The notes beneath the pieces are model-generated. The model saw nothing but the letters and a program-made list of their open reading frames with translations. It was not told the origin of the DNA and did not search any database. A stretch of DNA of 62,917 bases from Geosiphon pyriformis uo1 (lineage: Eukaryota > Fungi > Glomeromycota): NCBI GenBank assembly GCA_016748015.1, contig JAAOMT010000787.1, forward strand, positions 25,008 through 87,924. The letters are read 5' to 3'. How positions within the stretch are numbered: position 1 is the first letter of the stretch; each line of letters begins with the position of its first letter. This document shows, one piece after another, positions 39,027 to 49,228 of this stretch. The position numbers and the translations under genes are program-made.

Positions 39027-39923
39027 TGTTACTCATAGAATATAGGAAATATAGTATTATTAGTCAGTAGATATTAGCCAATTAGAAGTAGACATAGTAA
39101 ATGTAGAATTCCAGGATTCCTCTCAGGAATTGCAGGATTCCAGGAATTTCAGGATTCCCCAATGAGAAATCGCAGAATTCCAAAATTCCAGGATTTCTCT
39201 CAAAGGAATTGCAGGATTCTAGGAATTCCAGGATTCCTGTTGTGAAGAATCGAGGAATTGAGGAATCTCAATTATGTATATATAGCAGCAGGATTAGAAG
39301 CTGAAAAGACAGACCTTTTAGTATAGATTTAAATCTAAGCAACATTCCAGTTCCCAATTATCAAATAAATAATTATTCCATATCTCAGCCCACTCTCTAC
39401 TATTAACACTTCATGTTGATAGTAATTGAAACTTAACCCTGCTGGAACAATAGCTCTTGATCATGGCTATTGATGAGATACTAACATACCAAATTGCTTT
39501 GGTTTATTTTCTCTATTTTCTTTATTTTATTTTCTTTATTTTATTTTCTTTATTTTATTTTCTGTTTTGATTTTGTTGTTGTATACTAATTGATTAAAAG
39601 ATTAAGCACTGAGTTATTGACATTAAGGATAGCCTGATAAAAGACCCAGAAATAAGGGTAGGATTTTATATATTATCAGATAGCTTACCAGAAGGGCACG
39701 ACTGCCAGACTAAATCCAGCCACCACACTAAGAAAGAAATTGGAAAAACTCTTAGAAAGATACATCTACTATCGACGAAATTGAATCTTTGTCCATTATA
39801 CAAAGAACTCTATCAAAACCTTCAGATACAACACTTTCAGAATACCATTGATGGAAATAGCTTTTGAGCACCAAATTACAGATTTGTTATTTAATTCAAC
39901 AGCAGAAATAATTACTTGTAACA
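39027..39923 (+). repeat. 5' LTR of element A (897 bp)
   Basis: TGTTAC...GTAACA ends; GGAATTCCA/GGATTCC subrepeats at 39105-39268; TATATATA near 39278. Confidence 0.95.
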
Positions 39924-39925
39924 TT

Positions 39926-39937
39926 TGGTGCTCCCTG
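39926..39937 (+). promoter_or_regulatory. Primer-binding site of element A (possibly tRNA-Ile(UAU))
   Basis: TGGTGCTCCCTG lies 2 nt after the LTR. TGGTGCTC complements a ...GAGCACCA tRNA end. The tRNA identity is inferred. Confidence 0.7.
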
Positions 39938-42900
39938 TAATGTATAATCTTACAGAAAACCAGCACCAACAAACACTATCCAAAAGTAGCAGAATCAAAA
40001 ATTATAGGAGCAAACTATTTAGGATTTGCAAAATCCTTATTTCAACACTATTGTCAATACTTGGGATTAAACCACAATTATATATCCGCCGAATCAGCCT
40101 TCAACTTCTATGTTAACAAAAAGATTTTCTCTTTATTAAGAACACTAGTGAATACTGAATCAGCAAGAAAAACTTTCTATAGGGAGTTAATTCAAAACAC
40201 CAACCTGCCAACAAATCATAATTTCGCATCCATCATCACTGAGATCAACAAAGAAATTGAACACCACACTCAACAAAGATATCCAATTACATATGCTAGT
40301 AAAGGCAAGAGAAAACTACAAACACCAGCAGTAACACCCAGAAAAATACAGCCACTTACTTGGAAGAAAAACAGAATTGAATTCCCAAGCAACCCATCCT
40401 ACCACTATACACCTAGAAGCACCATCAACATATCATTAACAGACACATTCCCATCAACTGCAACATCAGCATTTGGATAATTCCTATTCTAAAGTAGACA
40501 AAAGAAAACAGAATTATTAGAACCATATGGCAAATACTTCGAGGGATTTAATTTACAATCATCAACTCCATCAGGACTTCGATTACCACCATCTCCACCT
40601 GATTTCGGAATTTCTGATCCGTGGAAAGCAGCAAAATCAGAAAAAAAAGAAGAAGAATCAGAGGATTAAAAATTCACTTACCAGCAACCAATTACTGAAA
40701 ACCTGGAAGTTGAAACCCCGAATTTTCAAACTCAGCAAAATCTAAATCTAGAAAATTCGGAAATTGAAACTTCGAATCATCAAAAGCAGAACAATCCAAA
40801 CCCTGAATTAATTAATCAGCAAAACTTACCTCCAGTAATTGTCATCGATCAACTGCCAATTAATCCCATAGCCGAACCCATACAACAGCCATTTCAACTA
40901 CCACCCCAACAACCAGTACAACAACAACTGCTTTAACAGCCACCACAACCACCTAATTTAGATCCAATGGCCTACGCACCAATCGCAAAACTTGACAACT
41001 TTACTGGTGAAAAGGATGATGCTCAAGTATGGCTGAATAATATAAAAAAGACCATCGCAGCCAATGGATGGAATGACGCCTGAGCAATGCAAGCCATTCT
41101 CTACTTTCTCAAGGATACTGCCAATTTATGGTATCAAAGCTTGGTTAATAAACCACAAGATTTCAATGCCTTCAAAGCAGAATTCTTAAGATACTTTAGC
41201 AACAATAACAGCATCAATCGCCTAGTCAATACATTTACCACTATGAAACAAAGAAAAACTGAAGCAGTTACCACTTACCTGGGATGCTTCTATCGAAACC
41301 TGCGCCAAATTCAAGCAATTAATGCCAACTATTTTACAGCCCCACAGATACTCAACCAGTTTATCCATGGTCTGTGCAGCAGCATCTTGCAACATGTATG
41401 TCTGTTACATCCAGGCACTCTTCAAGACACAGTCACATGCGCCAGGGATTTTGAATCCACTAAATCAGAAGCTAATCATGCCCAAGCCATTAATCTAGTA
41501 ATGAATGGATCATCTGAATTGGATTCCAAATTGGAGAAGTTCAGTGAATTAATTAATAAAAGATTGGAAGGATACTTAGCTGACAATTACACCATTTATC
41601 AGCCTCCACAATGATGCAATAATCAAGAAAACTCTAATCATGCCCAAAACCAACCACGTCTATCTTCATTGACCAATCAACAGTGACAACAGGAAATGCG
41701 TATCTGCCACTATTGTGGTAAACAAGGACATATCCAAATTGACTGTCATCAGCGTTTAAATAACCAATGATCGAGAAATCAATATTAAAACCCCAATTGC
41801 CGGTTCTCAACTTCAAATCATCAATCAAACTCAACACAATATCAAACTATTTACCTGCCAATGACACAGCAATCAATTTATCAGCCACTAGTATATCAAG
41901 CTCCAATTTATCAACCAACGGCCCCAATTTATCAGCCACAGCTACAGATAATGTATTAACTGCAACCACCAACAATCTATCAACCCCAAACAATTCAGAC
42001 TCCACTACAAAACTTACTGGCCAGCAGAGTCTAAAGGCCGAAAATCACGCAGCAAAATTGGAGATCATCCATGGTAATTCATCAGCCAATCCCCAGCTTC
42101 TTCAGCCAAACAGAATCTCATCAATGGAATTTGGGCGCTGGAAATCCCCAAAACCCAAATTCCCAGAACTATTTAAGTCTCCTGGTTACCCCAGAAGACA
42201 CCTCACCCAGCAATCAGAAACTCACTCAAAAACAACAAACACATACCAGCAATATTCTACCAGCAACAGTTACCAATGATGAATCACTGGACGCCATCTT
42301 TTCATTCGAATTAGAGAAACCGTTGACCACGCCATTATTTAGTAGAGCTGCATTGGAAGAAAAGCCAATTACTGCCATGTACACTGATGCGAAAATTGAT
42401 GGCCATCACATCAAACTAATTCTTGACAGTGGTTTAGCAGGCAGCATCATCACACAACAACTTATGGATCAATTAGGTCGCCAAGTTGATTGAGCTGTCA
42501 GCACCAGAATCATCACAGCCGATGGAGCGACCAAAACTCCAATCGGCGAAATCAACAACTTTCCTTTCAAAGTCAATGGCATCATAACTTCCATTAAAGT
42601 TCTAATGATAGAAGCCACTCAATACCAAGCTCTCATTGATAATGACTGGCTATTCAAAGTCAATGCAACATTAGACTGGAACACCCAGGAACTTCAGCTA
42701 ACATATTAAGGCCGAAACATACATGTACTGGCCATGTGTGGCCATTTCAAGACTTCTTCAAGAGAGAAACTATTGATCGAACTGGAAGAGGAAAAAAAGA
42801 AACCTACCTGAAAAGCTTACCAAGTCTTCTGGGTCGACACCAATCACAACAAACTACCACTGATACTCTCATAGAATGACAGTCCTAAGGGAAAGCAAAA

Positions 42901-43989
42901 AGAAGAACTGACCTGAGAAACAGACGATTTGACCTGGACTGACAATGAACAGAAAAAACCATCGAGTTGGAAGTAGAAAGAAGAAAAGAGAAAAAGAAAA
43001 GAAAGGGAGGAAGAAAACACTCAGGCCAACAACACTTATATCTCATACATCTATGGTCAACAACAATCATTGACCTATTGCTAACCCAAACTAATATGCA
43101 TTGATTGCGGCAAGAAATTGTTATCAATGGGTACATGCTGTGGCAACAATGAAGAATATCAGATGGCAACCAAGTTCTATTGCCATGCATGCTGTGTTAA
43201 ACGTTTTGGAAGACCAAAACAAGTGAAAAAATGAGATAATACACCATGTATAGCCTGTGGAAAAACTCTCTTCGATGAAGGAATGTGGAATAACATTTCA
43301 GGGAGAGGAGAAACGTGTGACATATTCTGCCAATACATGATTCTCATTAGCAATTGGGTCAAGAAAGGAACACCCATCGAAGTCGTCTGGAGAAGAGCTG
43401 TACAATGATTGGACAGTTGTCTCCATGATGACGATAAATTATGGTGGATGGCAATCGCCAAAATTGAAGGCACATCACCAGAAGAAATTAGGACAATTAA
43501 AAACAACCCACCAGAACCCATTGAGCTTGACTGGGATGCCAAGCCAGTCATAAATTTTCTGAAACCAGAAGAGTTCCATGAACACTACCAAAACTTGGCA
43601 CCCACTAGAAAAGAGCAGGAACAATAGCTAGCACAGTTAAATACAAAACTGTGTCACTATTGTTTAATTCCCAGTGACTTTGAATATTGTGATAATTGTG
43701 ATCTCATTTACAATCTACCACCACACATAATCTACACAATCCCTGAAGAAGAAGAACCAATCAGCAGCTGTCTATCGAAATTAGAATTGCTGATCAATCA
43801 TGATCTAAACTCTGATGACAATGACAAAAACACCAGTTCTAGCTCCATTCAAAATAGCAATGACAACAAAGACAATTCAAACTCAGATTCAAACTCTAAT
43901 TTAAACTATGAACAATACATTGCACTACCAGATCTCTCCAAGGAACAAGAGTTAAAATGGTATAATAACAATGGGGAAGGTATTATACC

Positions 43990-44385
43990 AAGAACATGTG
44001 CATGATACTAATACAGAATTTGATCTGAGATATCCGGCAACAGAAGCCATCAAATTGGAACCACATACATGCATCTGCATTGATCTGAAAGTAGCACTAG
44101 AAATTCCAGCAACAACCATGGTTCAATTAGCATCTAAGAGTAGTTTAGCGAAAAGAGGGATTAATATAAAAGGAGGAATAATTAATGTGGGATATATAGA
44201 AAATATCATTGCTATGCTACAAAATGACTCAGAAAAGGCCTATGTAATAAAGCCCAACAAAAAGATAGCACAGGCAATATTCCTGCCTCTGGTTAGAGTA
44301 GCTCAGTTAGTGTCAGTGAGAAAGAGGGAGGAATTAGGAATAACAGTGAGAAAAATACAGGGATTCGGATCAATGGGTAGAATAG
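43990..44385 (+). pseudogene. dut: dUTPase domain in element A
   Basis: Trimeric dUTPase motifs in order: DTNTEFDL (AGFDL), KSSLA (RSS), GGIINVGY (GxIDxGY), KIAQAI, RKIQGFGSMG. Confidence 0.85.
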
Positions 44386-46275
44386 ATGTACTAGTTAATA
44401 TGGTGGAGGAAAAAATTGTTGACCAAGGAGAAATTATCTCAACTGGTTAAGCTATTTCCATTTCACTATATAACCAGTACATGCTAGCAATAGAAAGAAA
44501 AGAAAAAGACCAAGCACAAATTTTTGAAGCAGAAGCCAGTCTTTGTAAATCAGGAGAAATTGGACTTATCAATCTCTACATACCAGCCAAAGATTACAGC
44601 CACATCAAAATTCCCATCTACAACAATACAGACAATGTTATAAAAATACCAGCCAGAACTATTATTGAATACTTAAACACAGAAATGAAGGATCTAACAC
44701 CAAATCCTATTCCAGACTTTTCACAACTTTGTGGATATATTGATATCACATCACAAACAATATATGGACGAAGTGAATGTTATTTGCTCTAATCAGAACA
44801 ATTGGAACAAATGAACATGAGAAACTTAGATCCACTCTAATGTATGCAACTCAGAATGTTGCTCAACCAGTTCAATAACATCTTTGCCAGCGAAAATGAG
44901 TCTGGTCGAACTGACATCATTCAGCATCAGATCAAGACTGGAGATATGATGCCAATTAAACAAAGAGCATACAGAGTACCACCAGTCAGCCACGAGATTA
45001 TTTGTCAAGAAATAAACCAAATGCTTGACAATGGGCTAATTCAGCCATCAATAAGCCAATGGTTATTACCAGTGGTACTCATCCATAAGAAAAATGGAAA
45101 GATCCGATTTTGTGTAGACTACAAAAAACTCAATGGTGTAACTCGTGGAGACAACTATCCAACTCCATGGATACAGGAATTATTCAATGCTTTTGGCAGA
45201 AACAAATAGTTCTTAACGTTAGACTTAGATAGTGGTTACTGGCAAGTAGCCATGGATCCAGCTGACAAAGAGAAGATGGTATTCACCACAAGAGAAGGGA
45301 ATTTTGAATTTAAAGTAATGCTATTCAGTTTAACCAATGCACCAGCCACTTTTCAATGGCTAATGGAAATCATCTATACTGGCTTATTGTAGAAATCAGT
45401 AGTTATATACTTGGACAACACCAATGTATTCTCAAAAACATTTGATGATTATCTTTATTATCTTCAACAAATGTTCGAAAGACTAAGAAGAGCAGAGCAA
45501 AAATTAAATGCAACAAAGTGCTTCTTTAGCAAGACAGAGCTAAAATTCTTGGGACACATAGTCAGCAAAGATGGCATCAAAACAGATCCAGAGAAAATAG
45601 AGATAGTAAAAAACTTTCCAGTACTGACCAATATGACAGAACTGAAATCATTCTTGGGATTTGCCAGCTACTATCAACGTTTTATCAAGAACTTTTCCAA
45701 AATAGTGCAGCCACTTAACCAACTACAAATCAAGAATACCAAATATGAATGGGCAAAAAGTCAACAAGAAGCTTTTGATATTTTGAAAAGAAAGCTTATT
45801 CAAGCTTTAGTACTAATTTATCCAGATCACAGCAAACCATTCATCATCACCACCAATGCATCCAGCCAAGCATTGGGAGCAGTATTATCTTAGAGAAGAC
45901 CAGACAACAGAGAACATCCAGTAGCATATGCCAGCAGAGATTTAACACCAGCTGAAAAGAACTATGGAACACCGGAACAAGAACACTTAGCAATATACTG
46001 GACAGTCATGAAATGGAGAGAATACTTAAGCCAGAAGTTTAAAGTATACACAAATCACAAGGGATTAATATCACTCCAAAAACAAGAGATTGGAAATGAA
46101 AGACAGTCAAGATAGAAAATGTTACTCACACTATACAATTATACTATACATTACAAAAAAGAAAAAAACAATGGAAATGCTAACGGTTTGTTGCAAATGA
46201 GACAAATCTAAGAACATTTTAACACAAAAAAATATAACAAAACCAGAACAATACCAACAAAAAATATAACAAAAG

Positions 46276-47658
46276 ATGAACATACAAAAATATCAACAAC
46301 TGCAACATTATATAAACACTTAATAATTCAAAGAGAATTTATCTCAAACGGAACGAAAGAGTATCAAACAACAATCAAAATATTTTATCACTCACCAAAA
46401 TATATTTTATCAGAAAAATAGAAAAAACCCAGATCAACCAACCAAAGTAATTACAGAATCAGAAAAAGAGACAATATTATTCAATATGTACTCAAATCCA
46501 ACAGCAGGACACTTTCACAAAGAAGCAACCATGGAAAGAACCAGAAAATGATACTATTAACTATCAATGTATCCAGACATTATCCAATATGTTCAAAATT
46601 GTGACACTTGTTAGTGAAGAGAAGAAACAAGACACAGTAAACTATTAAGACCAATCAAAGTGGGACAATTATTTGACCAGATTGAAATTGATTTAGTCGG
46701 ACCATTAACAATTACCAGCAGAGGAAACAGATATATAGCAGTAGCCATGGACTATCTCACTAAATGGCCAGAGACAAAAGCAATTCAAAAAGCAGATGCA
46801 GAATCCGTTGCCGAATTCGTTTATCAAGATTTAATTTGTCGACACAGATGTCCAAAGGAATTATTATCAGACCAAGGAACTCATTTTGTGAACAGAACAT
46901 TAACAGAATTGAGCCAAAGATTCGGAATTAAGAGACCATTATTATCACCATACCATCCACAAACCAACAGATTAGTCAAAAAATTCAACAGAACATTGTG
47001 TAAAGCAATTGCCAAACTCAGCCAAAAAAACCAGGACAAATGGGATTTGTTCATACCATCAGTATTATTTGCTTATTGGACAATGAAGCAAGATACTATA
47101 CAAGCAACACCATTTGAATTAGTATATGGTAGAACAGCAACATTACCAGTAGAAAGAGAAATTAATACATATCCAGCTGAACCAATAACAGAAGAAAATT
47201 TTCAAGAAACATTGCTAAAAAGAACATATGACTTAATAGAAACATTGGAAAACAAACAAAGAAAAGCAGCTGATAATATTCAAAAGTCACAAGAGAAACA
47301 GAAAGAAAGACACAATAGTCAACTACTAGACAAGCCAGTTGAATTCAAGATTGGAGACAAAGTACTCTTACATCGTACCAAAACGGAAAAACAATGGAGT
47401 GGAAAATTCGACCCCAAATAGAATGGGCCATTTCACATAGAAAAAATTCTAGAAAATAAAGTGTACAAATTAAGACTGGATAACAAAATTTTAACCAAAG
47501 CAGCACATGGAGATCAACTGAAACTATACCACAATATCACACTACCATCTACCAGTAATATTTCACAATTAAGAGTACAGAGAATACTAGTCCAACCAGA
47601 TAAGATTCCATGAGATCTGGAACCAATAGTTATTATCAACAATAACATGTTAAATTGA
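46276..47658 (+). pseudogene. Integrase of element A (HHCC, DDE core, GPF; no chromodomain)
   Basis: AGHF...CDTC, IEIDLVGP, LSDQG, YHPQTN and K*NGPF motifs; has its own ATG at 46276. Confidence 0.88.
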
Positions 47659-47712
47659 TTCAGCAAAAGAATATATAAAGACATGGTAGACGCGACAGGA
47701 AATATCAGAAAA

Positions 47713-48342
47713 ATGGAAATTACAGACAACATTCACTCACTAGCACAACAACTCTTTCAGTTAATCTAATACCAGGAAATGGAGATTACAATCAATCAAC
47801 AAACCATTCGATATCAAGATACTAGGAAGACATTGCAATCCAGAACACAGAAGAAAACTGAAAATATGGTGGACAAAATCATTGTGAAAGTAAAATTAAC
47901 AATAAAAGAGTTGACAAAAGAGGCACTATATCAAGAGTTGACTAAAGAAACTTGGAATTGGTAAATACAACAATTTCCAAGAAACTATTGTTATTTTTAC
48001 TTGGGACAACACATAAACATCCAGAATCTATATATGGATAAAACAAAGCAATTATTCGACAAAAAAATACTACAACAATTAGAATATTTTGTAAGAAAGA
48101 ACAACTTATCCACATAGGCCCGAGCCATCTACCGAATACACACAGCATTTCAAGATAGACCAGAAATATTACTCAACAAAGCAATAGATATGGTTACCAG
48201 TAATCAATTGGGAAAGATCACCAATGCTCAATTTGAAGAATTACAGACCCAAATAACACAAGTAATTCTCGAAAACGAAATCTAGGAAATACTTTAAGAG
48301 GAGAAATTAAACAAGTTGGATTTCGACGGAGCTCAATATTAA
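47713..48342 (+). pseudogene. Accessory ORF3 of element A, unknown function
   Basis: One ~210-codon frame with a few stops: MEITDNIHSLAQQL...YCYFYLGQH...RAIYRIHTAF...LGKITNAQFEELQTQI...LDFDGAQY*. Homologous to ORF3 of element B. Confidence 0.7.
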
Positions 48343-48352
48343 AAGGAGGGAA
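48341..48352 (+). promoter_or_regulatory. Polypurine tract of element A
   Basis: AAAAGGAGGGAA, 3 nt before the 3' LTR. Confidence 0.8.
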
Positions 48353-48355
48353 TAA

Positions 48356-49224
48356 TGTTACTTATAGAATATAAGAAATATAGTATTATTAGTTAGTAAA
48401 TATTAGCCAATTAGAAGTAGGTGTAGTAAATGTGGAATTCCAGGATTTCTCTCAGGAATTGCAGGATTCCAAGAATTTCAGGATTCCCTGACGAGGAATC
48501 ACAGGATTCCAGAATTTTAGGATTCCTTTTAAAGAAATTGCAAGATTCCAAAAATTCCAGGATTCCTGTCATGAAGAATTGAGGAATTGAGGAATCTCAA
48601 TTATGTATATATAGCAGCAGAAATAGAAGCTGAAAAGACAGACTTCTCAGTTTAGATTTAGATCTAAGCAACATTTCAGTTTTCAATCATCAAATAAATA
48701 ATTATTCCATATCTCAACTCACTCTCTACTATCAACACTTCATGTTGATAGTAATTGAAACTTAACCCTGCTAAAATAATAGCTCTTGATCACGGCTATT
48801 AATGAGATACTAACGTACCAAATTGCCTTGGCTTATTTTCTCTATTTTCTTTATTTTATTTTTTGTTTTGATTTTGTTGTTGTATACTAATTGATTAAAA
48901 AATTAAGTACTGAATTATTGACATTAAGAATAACCTGGTAAAAGACCCAGAAATAAGGGTAGGATTTTATATATTATCAAATAGCTTACCAGAATGGCAC
49001 AACTGCCAAACTAAATCCGGCCACCATGCTGAGAAAGAAATTGGAAAAACTCTTGAAAAAATACATCTATTATCGACACTATTGAATCTCTGTCCATTAT
49101 ACAAAGGACTCTATAAAAACCTTCAGATACAACACTTTCAGAATACTATCGACGGAAATAGCTTTTGAGCACCAAGTTATGGATTTGTAATTTAATTCAA
49201 CAGCAGAAATAATCACTTGTAACA
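48356..49224 (+). repeat. 3' LTR of element A (869 bp)
   Basis: Matches the 5' LTR; 28 bp shorter in the TTTATTTTATTTTC repeat. Confidence 0.95.
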
Positions 49225-49228
49225 TTGG

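Larger units (their letters stand above)
39851..46211 (+). pseudogene. gag-pol: Element A gag-PR-(Zn cassette)-dUTPase-RT-RNase H polyprotein
   Basis: Capsid-like MAYAPIAKLDNFTGE...WY from 40967; CHYCGKQGHIQIDC at 41705-41746; protease LILDSG at 42425; RT RFCVDY and YLDN (YLDD) at 45408; RNase H ITTNAS...HPVAYAS. One frame except for a +1 shift near 43990. Confidence 0.9.
39027..49224 (+). mobile_element. Ty3/gypsy LTR retrotransposon A (complete, inactivated)
   Basis: Two LTRs, PBS, PPT and 4-bp TSD TTGG (39023-39026 / 49225-49228). Domain order gag-PR-dUTPase-RT-RH-IN. The empty site restores LINE codons GNW-ARQFRPLDY. Confidence 0.95.

Noticed and set aside
39105-39268. Semi-palindromic repeat arrays in LTRs as CRISPR-like arrays
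   Set aside because: There are no unique spacers of constant length and no cas genes; they are LTR U3 subrepeats.
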